DNA of 62,927 bases, filler included, from Gonapodya sp. JEL0774 (Eukaryota), in the NCBI GenBank assembly GCA_027604505.1. It is 20 parts of 20 records of this genome, joined end to end, with 100 filler letters (N's around TTAATTAATTAA, not from the genome) between each part and the next. Parts side by side here need not be neighbours in the genome. Positions count along the whole stretch, not along the records: positions 47,321 to 50,364 come from JADIIX010001504.1; positions 50,465 to 53,508 come from JADIIX010001505.1; positions 53,609 to 56,649 come from JADIIX010001506.1; positions 56,750 to 59,788 come from JADIIX010001507.1; positions 59,889 to 62,927 come from JADIIX010001508.1; 15 more parts are not named here. The stretch is one strand, 5' to 3'. Positions 47,712 through 60,901 of the stretch are shown here, piece after piece; the first letter of the stretch is position 1; each line of letters begins with the position of its first letter. The notes under the pieces are model-generated. The model saw nothing but the letters and a program-made list of their open reading frames with translations, made no database searches and was not told the origin of the DNA. A program made the position numbers and the translations under genes.

Positions 47712-48720
47712 CTATTGGTCATGAGTCCCGTTCCCAACCAAATTTTGAGGTAGGCCCGCAATATGTGCGTTAGCCCAGCGCAATGCTTCCAAATAAAATG
47801 CGCCACATTCCCATGTCCGATCTTCCGTGCAGTCGCGAGGGAGAATTACCTTTGGTCGGAGTTTCCGCCGGCGTTCGCTCCTCGCTACAAAAGTATTTTG
47901 ACAACCTCCAATTTCCCGCTGCGCACTGCATTCCATAGAGCTGCATTGTCTTGCAGATGAACGTTTGCCCCATGATCAAGCAGTAGAGCAACAACCTGTG
48001 TGTGCCCGTTCCAAGCCGCTCCTCGTAGAGCTCGCCCTTTTGTGTAAAGCGCCACATGTAGTACATTGACACCCCGATCCAGCAGGAACCGAACCACCTG
48101 AACGTGACCGGCCCTTGCAGCCATGTGCAATGCATCATCATCATTTTCGTGAAAGTCCGCACCGTTGTCCACCAGGAGCCGAACCATTTCAAGGTTTCCG
48201 CAGTGACATGATTCTATGAGACGTCGACGTCGCCAGTGACTGTCCGATTCCACACCCTGAACGTTCGCGCCCAACTTCAACAAATTCTGTACGGTCTCTA
48301 TATTGCCAGCATCAACTGCAGCTTCCAGTGGTGTCACTCTTCACCTGGGACCCTCGGCGATTCCGTTCACATCGAACCCCATCCGACCTAGTCTCACTCG
48401 CTCATAAAGAGCCTCGACAATAAGATGCTGTCCAATTTCGAGTCTCGAAGTCTCGTACACCAGGGCCCTCGCCGAGAGTTTGTAGTGCGCTATCGCACTG
48501 CGCGCTCTTCTTGTTGGAGATTACAGGACGTTTTCCACATATCGTCCATCACCGTGTCCCACACTTTGGCCGCCAAATCTTCAAATCCGTGCCGATCTGC
48601 CAGCACCAGCAGCTCCAGGCATGATAGTGACTGTGTGCTCTGGAGGTAGAGACGGATGGCTTGGCTTAAGTTAGGCACCTCATACTTGAACGCAAACACG
48701 ACGAGCTCGATCGATCAATG
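47712..48720 (-). pseudogene. BTB/BACK-like plus ankyrin-repeat gene, frame-disrupted
   Basis: TPLEAAVDAGN, ALHMAARAGH, ALRGAAWNGH and ALWNAVRSGK repeats; upstream FAFKYEVPNL..LELLVLADRHG; premature stops and frame changes. Confidence 0.7.
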
Positions 48721-50464
48721 TGCCGCTTCTTGGAGAGTATTTGCCACAATGAGAGACCGGATTTAATGACAGTTCAGACAAGAGTAATAGGCGTGGGTTG
48801 TTGATTGCAACTCGGGGACGCGGATGATCTGCGAATACGTCAGCTTTTTGGTTCCCCGTTTCTCATGGCAATGTCATCGACACAACTCACTGGTGTTCGC
48901 TCATCCATCTCCAAAGTCTCTTTCTGACCCAACAGCTTCTTGAAGAACCCTGAAGACCACGCCAGTTGTGACCGACAGAATTTGTACCAAAGAACACGAC
49001 CGTCTTCGCCGATAGGCATATCGGCAGCGGCGGGGTCGCTTGGAGAGCAAGATCCTGGACTAAAGCGAGTCTCTAGAATGACATGTGAGCAGCGGGGATG
49101 TGAGGAGAAGGGTTATGTCGTCATATTGCGACGCCCAGGGCATGACAGGCTACTACTAGGGGCACCGGTATGTTATCATCACGTGCTTCAGCGTTGCGTC
49201 ATTTTATCATCATCTGTCGGTCAAAAACAAGACTTCGTACGCACCACATCGTACGCACCACATAAGATGAAATTCTTATGGCTCCCCCATTACTCTCTGC
49301 CCGAATGAATCCCTAGCAATGACTTCTCCTTCCCCTTCCTCGATCCAGCCATGCATCACTAATTGAACACAGAGGACCACGTCACGGTTCGTTCAGCATT
49401 TAAGACAAAGAAGTAATTGTACGCGGGGCGCAAAAGATTCGATCGGCCAATTTTCCCCCGTGGTAGTTGGTGGAGGCTCGCCGAGGCTTGGCGAATTCCA
49501 GGGAGCTGAGAAGGAGGTCGCGTACCTCCCCACCGGCGACACCGATCTCCCCCGTCCATTGCCCTTGCGAGTCCGGGACAGGATCTACGACAATCCAGCA
49601 GGCAGGCCCCGTTGAGAAGTCCGGTGCTTCTTTGAGTTGGCAACCAGCAAGTGCCCCGTTCAATGTCCACCTGTTCCATTGATCACGCTCAACCCATGTG
49701 AAAAATCTCTTCTCTTGGACTAAAGCTTTTTTCCGCCCCGTAGCGACCTCGTCCCACGTATGATGTTGGTGGATCATCACGGGTGATGACTTGACATCAT
49801 CGATGTCTACGTGAGACGAGACCGCTACATCAACCGTTGATTAACCGGGCTGTACTTCTTGCGAGGTTATTAAAGGCAATTGGGCTCCGCCAGGTCGGGT
49901 GAATGCCGATCTGGCGTCGGGATGGTGCGGTGGGACGGTCCCTCGTGACAGTGAATCCTGCCTGCCTTCCGCGGCAGGAAACTCAAACCATCACGTGTGT
50001 TTTATGAGGCAATTATGGTTTTTGCTACTTACTTTGAGCGATGCTCTTTTCTGCAGTGGACGAGTTGAGGGCGACACAGAGCTCTTGTATACAACATGTT
50101 GGTCCCCGAGCAAGCTGTTGATGCTCAGGCCTCCGGTATAGATGCGTACTCCGAGAACAACAATCATGCAAGGAACAGTGGGTTGGAAAAATCGAAGATC
50201 CATTAACCCTCACTACAATCATTACGTCAAGAGAATCAAAAGAACCAGTGGAACCATGCACAGAATTGCATCACAGTCCTTTTTACGCGCACAACAAGAG
50301 GGACTGGTCAGCAACTGGATCTCGATATCCCACAGCCGTAAAACCGTACTCTCGAGGTCAAACANNNNNNNNNNNNNNNNNNNNNNNNNNNNNNNNNNNN
50401 NNNNNNNNTTAATTAATTAANNNNNNNNNNNNNNNNNNNNNNNNNNNNNNNNNNNNNNNNNNNN

Positions 50465-52682
50465 ATACGCCCAGCAATCCCCGCGCAGCACGTGCTGCAG
50501 AATTGTCACGAGAGATTACCATATCCAATCTGGTCGAGTCTCATATTGGTCCCAGCATGGAAGTAGTTCATGGGGATCCCAAGGAGGTAAGTGGTGGCGT
50601 GGCCAATTACTTTGAGTCTCAGTGTGAGTTCTGACTTGTTCATGCACCCACTTTCCAGGCGATCGAACTTGTGTTGAAGAATTTTGAGGATGAAATGTTG
50701 AGGGGCTGGGCAACTCCGAGCTCAAGCATGCCCCCTTCAATAATCATAAATGAGGAACTTGGTTCGAGCCCACCAAGTCCCAAACGCCGTCGTTTTGCCC
50801 AACCTCTGATAAACCTGCGCCACATGGACGTTTTTGATGTTGATGCCGAATCTACAGATGCCATGGCAGATGGTGAGTGCGACAACTCCCAAGTGAGTAA
50901 GGGATGTTTAGTTGCTGACTTTGCAAAACGTAAGCTGTGACTGTCGTACCAACTGTACGTCCACCCACTCAATCTTCCACCTTAAATGCACCTGCGTCAG
51001 TATCTGTAGAATTACTGGCAGCGCAAGTCACAGCCCCGGCTATGGATTTTGCAACGGCAAGATCAGACTTCTCAGTCTCTGTTGGAACAATCAAGAAGCT
51101 GGGACCCATGTCTGCTCCCCCGACAACTTCAAGGATGTCAGTAGATTGCGTGGAAGAGCCGCAGTCACCAGCTTCGGAGCCAGCAGACTCCAAAAACACA
51201 GTGGCGGAAGATGTCGCAGCGATCCTCCTCGATATGGCAATTTGCAAATCAGATTTGAAGGTTTCAAGTCCGCCAACTTCTTGCTCTGGTACACCGTTGA
51301 CTTTGGATAACTTTAGTAGGTGGAGCAACAAAAAAGAATGAAGGAGGTCAGTGTCGCTGCTCCATATTCTTACCTTCTTTTGCACTCGTACTCTGTCGTA
51401 GTTTTTCCTCGCAACCAGCGCACAGATTCAAATACAACTCCCTCGCAAGGTTCTCCCACTGATCAACAACACAGTGACATTACTGGCACACCTTCAAGTT
51501 CGATAATGGACCCAAATAGAACTGGCTCCCTGGCAACATCAAACTGGTCGAAATCTGTAGGACCAACTCAATTGCAAAAGGCATTATCCACTGGAGCTCT
51601 GAAGCAAACGCGGCTTCCCTTTCAACTACTGCCTAACCCCCATCCTCCGTTGACCCCGCCGCATCCAAAACCAAGTCTACTGAATTCTCCTCATGGCCAC
51701 ACGCCTCTGTCTCATTCTACTGCGAGCCAGAAGTCATCTATTCCTCCTATTGGCAAGCCTTCAAGCGCAGCGCTCACTCCTTCAGCTGCTTACATGGAGT
51801 TTTTAGGCCGACCAGCCACTTACAAGACTGGTGTTAACAAGCGAGAGCACTTCTTCATTGGGGCGCTTGCAAAGGAGCTCAATATCAACTCCAGGAGCCA
51901 GCCACCGCCAAACTGGAGTCGTTTTCAGGGAGTGTATAACGAGCGCGCTGTGCAAACAACCGCCGAGGATCCTCTACCATGGGAAAACGCATGGGAGAAG
52001 GAACTGCTTTGCAATCAGAAGGATATACGTGTTGTAAAGGAGTGTGTTGAAAAATGGGAGAGTACATGTGTGAGTACGTGATGTTGTGGCCCGATAACTT
52101 CATATTTGTGAGGTTTGGGAATCAGTGGTCAATCTATCCACTCCTCACCATCTATTTGTGATACTTGGCAGTATACTTGGCACTCAAAGCTCTCGAGCGG
52201 CAATGCCTCTGCCGACGAAATCTCAAAAGGGCGGTTCCTTCTGGGTAGGTACGAAGTCCCACTACCAGTCGTTCCAGGAGTGAAGATCAATGCAGACGGG
52301 AAACCAAGGTACTGTGGCAAAACACATTGGCGTATTTCCGATCCTCCATAGTGTTCCTCTATTGAGCGCTGGTGCTTTCAGAAAACCTGCTGTTTGCAGC
52401 CGTTGCGGTCTGCAGAAGACCAATACACCACATCAGCCACATCCTAGGGAGACTTGCTCCGATGGCGTCAAAATTGAGCATAGTGGGATCCCCTTTGATC
52501 AATTCCCTGGACTCTTCCATAAGGGTGTCATTGACACCGTTGTGTTCGGTCAGATTTCAAGATTGGGAGTGTATGGAGCGGCGGGCCACGTCTCAGCAGA
52601 GAAATTTAATGTCGTGTGGGTTGAGAAGTTCCGCGCGCTGGGGTATGATGTTCCAGTTTGTGTGATAATGCAAGAATCATAG
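50465..52682 (+). CDS. 3' part of a large, possibly transposon-derived protein with a CxxC..H..CSDG tail
   Basis: Spliced ORFs containing NWSRFQGVYNERA..K....KECVEKW and CSRCG...H..ETCSDGV. The family assignment is a tentative recollection. Confidence 0.4.
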
Positions 52683-53656
52683 TACAATGCTTTGCTGTGT
52701 CAGGTGTCAGATGCGATATTTCCATGTGTACAAGTAGCTTGAAAGTAATAATATTTATCTCTGAGAATACATAGGGGACACGGCACACTGTATTTGCTTT
52801 GCCGTTGTGTCCTACCCTTCGTTTAGATCTGGAAGCTTCATTCGATTAGGCCTCTACCTTCATGTTACTCCAAGAGAAGAGAGGCCGATTCCTTCAACTC
52901 TTCAAGCTCACACGGTTTTTTCCTTTTGAGATGCACTGCCAGCGCTCGACAAAAGTTCCACCCGCGCGTGATTTTTCTTTCGTTCCTGTAGTCAATGTCA
53001 AGACCTTTGGAGTTCAGGTACTGAAGAATTTCAGCGGGGAGTGCGTCCCGACCATGCTTCATTTGGATTTTGAAGTGACAGAGTGCCCCCTCTCGTAGTT
53101 GCTGCTGTTCACGTGGCTCCGGTACCTGCAAGATCTTCGCGCTTGATGGCACTCTGGAGCGTAAGTCATCCGCTCGAAAGCTTCTTTGAATTTCACCATC
53201 CAGTCCCTTTGCCTCGAAGATTTCTCCCAACGGGGCGATCAATCCTGTGCAGAATCCGGCCATCCGACGGTGGGATAGCCCATCTCTCGTCCTCGACTTG
53301 ATTGACTCTCGCTCCGTTTCAGCTTGAATTGCAGCAAAAAACAGTGATATGGAGTTACTGTAACCACCGGGGCTGATGGGACCAAAAGATTGGTCAAACT
53401 GCGAGCTGACCAGAAAACTCTTGTTGCAAACTCGGAGTCGCTCCTTGACACAAAAAAAGACAGAAGCGTCGCGGGCAAGGCGATCTAGTCGGTAGGACGC
53501 GATGCCACNNNNNNNNNNNNNNNNNNNNNNNNNNNNNNNNNNNNNNNNNNNNTTAATTAATTAANNNNNNNNNNNNNNNNNNNNNNNNNNNNNNNNNNNN
53601 NNNNNNNNCTGCCCCGGAATGAAAGCCATCGCGGTCGAGAGGTATCCGAGGCCGAA

Positions 53657-55000
53657 ATGGCTGCTGATTCCCGCAAGCAAGAAAGCAAAAACCTGCTTGG
53701 ATGGATGGACCTCGGAGTCTCAAACAGGTGGAAAACTGCAAACGCTGAATCGTTTTCGAATCGCTCGATGGCTACGGCAGTGGCTGTCAAAGATGATGGT
53801 ACCTCGTCCACTCAAGTCACTGAGATTCCGTGGAAGACAACACGAATGGATGTAAACCCATCAATAATTAAAAAGTATGATCGGGGTGTACACTTTTTTG
53901 TGAGTGGAGGCCCGCTTGTGAGATTCCATCAGCTCTTAACGGTACAATGCTACCCGCCGCAGACTGGATCGAGGGAGGAACCTTTGGTTGGCTCAAAAGC
54001 AACAAACTACGCAAGTGCATTCTCGCCTCCCACTGTCACTACAACATCTACTGGAATACGCAGACCAGTTCACACAACCACGGACCTGCTATACGATGAC
54101 CCTGCTCTTTTGAACCCGCAGGACACATCCATTTCGACTTTCCGCGCATCGTTTCCGACGCATACGGTCGGCCAAATATGCAGGGATACACGAGCTCGAG
54201 CATCCGAGTGCAAGGACTTTAACAGTCGTACTTCTGTTCTCCCCCCAGGAACGGAGACAGACCGGCAATGTTCCGTAACCAAAGACGACTTTTCGGATCT
54301 CAAGACAAGAGTCGCGAAGGAAGTTCCTGCCCGCAAAGAACTCAATAAAGTCACAAATGGAAAGGGAAACGTCACTTTTGGTGACGAAGAGGGCGACTGG
54401 CTATCCGAAACGAAAACTCGCTTTATGTCACCGAAACTTCAAAAGCCCGTCCCGGAGCCCAAGCCCAAAGTCATTTCGGATCAGCTAGTCGAAAAACCTA
54501 CAAAACAGTCTTTGTCTCATTTTTCTCTAGGTTCAGACAAGGTGGAGCCGATGGTCACATCAGCCGCCATATCACAGGTCGCAGTGCACGATTGCGATTC
54601 ACTCAAAAATATTATTTCGCGGAGGCCAGCAGGTATCCCATCAAGCGTCACAAAGCAAATCGATGTTGATGCGTTCAAGCTGTCTCTGACAAACACAATG
54701 CCGGTTGTTATCAAGCTGCCCAAGAGTTCAAACCTGGATGGAGAACAGCCAACAAAATCGCTTCCGTGGAAACCTTGGGTGACTCAAAGTCAAATGTCGT
54801 ACCTCGCGCCTGCTATTGTGGCTGCTGGAGCGCGACGACGAGGTGTCGATTCGGACTTTGAGCACACTAAACAAACTGTTCAGCGTACGGAAGGGGGAAC
54901 ACCTGGTTGGACAACGAACCGTGGAACATTTGTTCACCCTGAACTAATGCTCGGTGAGTCGCACAGCAATCGCTGCTTCTCTTTTGATTTCGGTTTGGTA
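53657..55000 (+). CDS. Repeat-motif protein resembling axonemal microtubule-inner proteins (SAXO5/TEX45-like)
   Basis: Recurring T/S-x-Y/F-xxx-F motifs (TNYASAF, STFRASF, SVTKDDF, SETKTRF, TTNRGTF) plus SHFSLG and NVTFGD. Confidence 0.4.
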
Positions 55001-55181
55001 CGTCTGAGAGTGCAACATCTTATAAGTTTTCATTTATGCGATAGACCGAACAGTATATGTACATGCAGTGTAAACTACCATCGATATGGCGTAGGTAAAG
55101 CAGATGAAAATTCACGCATATGAACTAAAGGCTTGTACTAGATAATGGAACGGATTCAGGAGACGATGACAGATGAGGGTA

Positions 55182-56649
55182 TCATTTGCGTTTGTATTTC
55201 TAAATGTATCGGTGAGGTAGCCAAGCTGGATCAAAATAAGTTTGAATGAAATACACTGTACCACTCACATCTTCGGACTTCATTCTATTATCAGGATCCA
55301 AACTGTTGCGGAGGCCGAGAAGCGTCTTGCCCACTGCATCAGCGGCACCAATCATCGGCCTTAAGAGAGGGATGCAAATTCGAAAGAATTAAAGTGAATA
55401 TGATTGGTGGGAGGCCGAATCATGCTCTTACCTCAGCACTGCGACAGGAACGGCACGAATGACTGCGTTGGCGGGCCCTTGTGAGCCATCGGACTCGTAA
55501 ATTTCTGTGGGAACAGCAAGCACAGTCCTCGCTGCTGCAGAGAAGTGTTTGTGCAAAGATTTTGCTGCTAAGCTGAAACCCTCTTGCAAGTCCCTAGGTT
55601 GCTCTGAATATCTGCTGATGGCTGGTAGGACGGCATCAGTATCATACTCGTCCATAGCTTCGTCGTATGCATGCCTCTGACCCGACAGAAAAGCATCAGC
55701 TTGCTCCAGAACAACTTGCGCACCCATGGCAAGCTTAGTCCCTATGTTGAGGGTTTCCATGGCGGTGTTTCGGGCAAAGGACTGTGCACCTTTTTGCAGA
55801 CCTACGTAAAAGAAAGCAGAGTGTGAAATGGAATGATCGTGTTCAGTAATAAGGTCTGACATCGACAACAATGTACCTCTCATAACGGTTCCATCCTGTC
55901 GATAAGATTGTACCGGCAGTAGTACCAAATCTGCAACCCCCTGCCCAAGGTTGACAATGGACTTTACTGGGGCCACACCACCCACCAGACCGGGAATTTG
56001 GCTATTTAAAACATGTGGCGCCCAGATATTGATGATTGCCTTAGCGAGACGATCGAAGCCCGTAATGCCCGATAACCGGACATGACGCAGGTCTAACGCC
56101 GCATCTTCGAGAGGGAAGAGGTTGATCATCTCAACGTATGCGCCACTTCGCAGTTTCGACAAGCTCGGATTTCTTTTGGGCTTGAAATCACAGCGGATAC
56201 TGATTGGATCTATCTCACAAAGTTGAATGAAAACGCCAGGCCCAGAAGAGGAAGTAGAGTTTGAAGAATTTGCATCGGTCGGGGGTTCCTGCGGATCATC
56301 CTCTTTGGCGAAGAAACTTTGAAACCGAAGCACAACTTCAAGAGCATCTCCATCAATAAGCAGTCTCAGAGGAAGCACGGAAACCTGCCGAACAAACGCA
56401 AATCATACCAGTTATGGACGGAGCTTCTTCTCGCAGCGAAGCAAAGGCAGGATCTCACTTTGATTCTGAGTTCTCCCGAATCTGCTCCGACATCCATTGG
56501 AGTGCGGACGCCAACAATGTCAAGCTTAAACATTGGGGGCGAGATCTCGTGTCCGCGGTCATTAGATCGGATCACGGAGAGAAATTTCCGCCACGTTGAG
56601 GACTCAACATTGTCCAAAACTTCGAAATCCTTAACTGAGACCCCAAGCC
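55182..56649 (-). CDS. ATG2: Autophagy-related protein 2, C-terminal region
   Basis: [53 protein letters not shown] and [29 protein letters not shown]. Confidence 0.93.
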
Positions 56650-56749
56650 NNNNNNNNNNNNNNNNNNNNNNNNNNNNNNNNNNNNNNNNNNNNTTAATTA
56701 ATTAANNNNNNNNNNNNNNNNNNNNNNNNNNNNNNNNNNNNNNNNNNNN

Positions 56750-58190
56750 CAAGGAAGCCCAGTATTGGAAAGATGCTGAAATTGAGGAGGTCACTCAACT
56801 AAACGACTTTGGAACTTGGGAGTTGGGACCAAAACTGCCTTCATACAATATTTTATCAGGGAAATGGGTTTATGCAATTAAAAATGACTGATCACGTTGC
56901 AAAGTTCAAGGCACGATGGGTTGCAAGAGGTTTCTACTAAAAGGAAGGCATTGACTTCTCTCAAACTTTTGAACCAGTCATGATTGGAATGTCATGGGAC
57001 ATACTGTTGGCAATAGCTGCTCAGAAAGGATACTACATCAGGCAGTTTGATATATCCAATGCTTTCTTACATGGAGACCTTTCAGAAGAAGTTTACCTTG
57101 AACAACCTCATGGGTTTGAGCAAGGAAAAAATCTTGTCTGCCGACTGAGAAAGTCCTTGTATGTCTTAAAGCGGGCAGCAAACGTGTGGTTCAAATTTCT
57201 CAGTGATATTCTCATCAATCAAATGGGCCTTAAGCAGTTGCAAACTGACCATGTGGTGTTTGTGAAAATGATTGCTGACACAGAGCTCAAGATTATTTTG
57301 GGTGGACATGTTGATGACCTTCTGGCAATCTCTCCTCTACAGAAGCACCTGGATGACTTTGGAACAGATCTTGCTTCCCATCTTAAAAGCAAAAGTGGAG
57401 ACTTGGGCATATGGCTTGGTGTGGAAGTTGTTCAAGATCCTGTCACATGTACCATCAAAATCAACCATGGGAGAAAAGTGATGGAACTTCTTGAAGACTC
57501 TGGCATGGTAGACTGCCGGCCTGTGAGTACTCCAATGCAACCTGGCACAAAGTTATCACAGGCAGACTGTCCAAAGACACTAGAAGAGAAAAGGGGCATC
57601 GATATTAAACGATATCAAAGTCTTGTGGGACTAGTCATGCATATAATGACAATGCACATCCAGACATCTGTGCTGCTGTCAAGGTCCTTTCTGAAGCATT
57701 GAACCATCCCAGTCAGGCTCATTGGGCTGCCCTTATGTGGTTACTGCGATACCTTGCAGGGACACCAGATGTTGGGAAGAATGATCCCCAAGCAAAGCAT
57801 GTCAACATTGGTCCACATGGGTACTATGACTCAAGCTTTGCAGAAGATAACTATGACAGGAAATCCAGAAGTGGCTCCGTATTCCTATTAGCAGGGGGAG
57901 CTGTCAGTTGGTGGTCAGGCAAGCAAGAGATCACAGCTACTTCCACAGTGGAAGCTGAATATATTTCTCAGCACTATGCTACCAAGGAATTGATGTGGGA
58001 AAAACAATTTCTCACAGAACTTGGCATTGAAACAAGTACCATTGATGTCTATGGCAGAATTGATCGTGGTGTTCCAATCCTTCTTTGAGACAATCAGGGA
58101 GCAGTAGCTCTGGCTGTTAACCCTGTTCACCACAAGCTCACCAAACACATTGATGTTAAATACCATTTTATTTGTGAACAACTGTCACAA
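56750..58190 (+). mobile_element. Ty1/copia LTR retrotransposon RT-RNase H, degenerate
   Basis: KWVY, KARWVARGF, QFDISNAFLHG, LRKSLY.LK, HVDD, STVEAEY, DNQGA and TKHIDVKYHF; in-frame stops and a frameshift. Confidence 0.95.
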
Positions 58191-58459
58191 AAATTTCTCC
58201 CCCCCTCCCCTTTGGGCTTCATTTGAGTCAGAGGGGTCCATGTGTTGTCTCCAGAATAACATTATAGATGTAGATGTTTATTTTACAAATGCATCCAAGG
58301 TACCTTCTTGATCAATGTTTATGAAGTTATAACTAATCTAAAGGCAGGTACAAATGGTTCCAAAGTCAACTTGGAAAACTGGAACATATCCTTTCGAAAT
58401 ACATCTGCAAAGTTATCAGGTTGTCGTGCAATTCAGAATCTCCTGCCCAGTGTCATGTG

Positions 58460-59788
58460 TCAGACAAATCCATGATCACCAGAATTCTTCGTAACAAAAA
58501 TTAGTGCGGCGCATGCGAACAGCTCACAATCATATAGGTTTGATTGTTGAGGCCAATTCTGTTGGACTATAAACTTAACCTCTGCATCAATAATGTCCAG
58601 TCCAATTCTCTTCGAGATTCCTTCGTTCATGTGTGCAACTGCATCATGGTAGTGGTCAGAAGGGTGGCGAATGGAGTCAAAAAGTACCCAACACTTCAAA
58701 GGAGGATGATAGACTGCCGCAAACCAGTGAAGATTTCCTTCGTTGTATGTCGTCATAATAAAGTTCGAGTTTTGTGCATCTTGAAGTAAATTAGATGTCA
58801 CTGAGCCTGGTCCGGGGTTCACTTGGGCCAAGTGAGATTCAGGGTTAGTATAGTGCGAAGAGATATAGAAGAGGCTGGTTGATTCAGCAGGGCGTTCCGT
58901 GTCCTCATGGGAAAGCCATCGACCAAGATTGTTTATTGGTGAGTCTGATAGCCAGATTCCCGGAAGGAGGCACCTGAGTTCCTTGTCAAAGGATGTGACA
59001 CCAGGATGATCAGTTATCCCTTCATCGAAGATCCGTCTGGCCGCAATTAATTCATGCCTTGCTCCATCTACCACACCCCCCGTTGGCAGAAATTTGAACC
59101 ATAGAGCGGGAGCTGCCACAGCAAAGGGAGTTTGATCATTGAGGACATCTGGCTGCACAATTTCGAATGTTCGCCGACGGCGCTTTGGAGTTGGAGCAGC
59201 AATTGCATCGTCCAAGTGATCAGACAGCCGCTTTGGAATAGGTTTTGCGAGAGGGGAAGATCCACGTTTGAGGAAAAGTTGAGCATCAACAAGCATGTTT
59301 TCGATGTCCTGATCTTTGCATCCCGTCAAGTCAGGAAGAGACTCCACAATTTCATCCACATCCACATCCAGCGTTGCAGCAGTCTCCCAAGTGCTTTGGG
59401 TGAATGGTAAGCCATCCCACAAAGTAAGATACTCCCAACGATCAAGGGATGGACTGCCTGTATTGCAGCAAGCATGTGTAAGTGTTGTTCATGTCACAAA
59501 GATTGGGGGTTTGAACTCACATCGCCGTCAAGCCATCAGCGCCTTCACTTCAAGATCCTTCGCTGGGTGCACGTTGCTTTTTTGAAGCATGGGCATTGCG
59601 GATACATTGCTGACAGAAACCGTGTTTGGTAGTTTTGCAAGCTGGTAGTGAGGGTAGAATCTTGATGTGGATGTTCCTGGGAGGTCTTGTGTTTTTGCTG
59701 GTCCAGGAGTGATCCACTCAAGCTTGTAGTTGTAGTCTTTAGTGTGTATAATCTTTGCAAGAGCTTGATATGGGTCTTTGCCTTTGGC
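58460..59788 (-). pseudogene. Chromodomain + Ulp1 (C48) peptidase ORF, probably transposon-encoded
   Basis: EVKALMA*RR..WEYLTLWDGLPFTQSTWE (chromodomain); LLPGIWLSDSPIN, HW, FDS and QSNLYDC (C48 His-Asp-Gln-Cys). Confidence 0.75.
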
Positions 59789-59888
59789 NNNNNNNNNNNN
59801 NNNNNNNNNNNNNNNNNNNNNNNNNNNNNNNNTTAATTAATTAANNNNNNNNNNNNNNNNNNNNNNNNNNNNNNNNNNNNNNNNNNNN

Positions 59889-60827
59889 AAGGTTGATGTA
59901 GCTGAAGCAAAATACCGCGGTGATGTTGGGGAGAAGGAACGACACGGTTTGACACGGCAAAATGTTGCCAGAGTTGAGGCTGAAACTGTCATGTGAATCC
60001 TATGCACCGTCGACACACATTGCCTTTGGCACTTCAACCACAGGCCCGTTTATGGACTGGACTCTGATGTTGTATAGCTACGAGAACGATCGCAAAGAGA
60101 AAGTCGCCGGGGCGGCAGCCTCCCTCGCCACAAAGCAAGCCGAATTTGACCGACAAGTTCACATTGCACAAATAGAAGCTGATCAAGCAGCTGCGGCACG
60201 AAAGATGGAATTGCAAAGAACGGTTGAGCAAAGGAGGCTGGAGACTGAGACTGAGAGATTAAGGGCGGAAATATTGGCTAAGGCGACTGTGGAGTTCGAA
60301 AGTAATGTGAAAACGGCAGGTAAGTTAATTGAAGAGTTTATGTGATTCTGTGCGAGCGGTGTCTCACTATGTGGTTCTTGTCCCTTCACCGAACTTCATT
60401 TTCAGACGCTAAGCTCTACGCCAAGAATAAAGAGGCGGAAGCAGTGACGGCTCTCTTCCGTGCGCAAGCAGATGGTATCGCCGAGCTTACACGAGCTTTT
60501 GGTGGAGACTCGAAAGCCGTCCTTCAATATCTCATGCTTGAACGGGGCCTGTTCACAGAGCTCGCGCGGGCCAATGCGGAAGCCATCCGCGGTTTGGAGC
60601 CGAAGATAACGGTATGGAATACCGGTGAACAGGGTGCACAGGGAAATGTGGGCCCTGCTGGAGCGATTCGGGATGTGTTCCGAATGCTACCGCCACTGCT
60701 GACGACCATACAGGAACAGACCGGCGTGGCACCACCTGAGTGGCTTGCAAGAATGCCAGGAGCTCCTAGTGACACGCTCAAGTCACCTTCTATCGGTAAA
60801 CCTCAGTCGAATGGAGTGCTCATGTGA
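59889..60827 (+). CDS. Flotillin-like (SPFH) protein, 3' part
   Basis: [56 protein letters not shown] and [16 protein letters not shown]. Confidence 0.9.
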
Positions 60828-60901
60828 TCTGACAAGCATAGTCAAGAAAATCAACGATAATATTCATAAATAAAATAGAAATAGCCATCTCAGCAATAGC
60901 A

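Noticed and set aside
49359..49780. 126-aa ORF, and a similar orphan at 52865-53263
   Set aside because: No motif or other support; left uncalled.
56880..59530. In-frame TGA codons as possible selenocysteine or recoding
   Set aside because: They occur in decayed transposon ORFs alongside a TAA stop and a frameshift, not at redox Cys positions; CGA>TGA decay explains them better.
3066..59888. Regularly spaced TTAATTAATTAA palindromes about every 3.15 kb
   Set aside because: They are embedded in N-runs and identical: an artificial six-frame-stop linker, not a biological repeat or CRISPR array.
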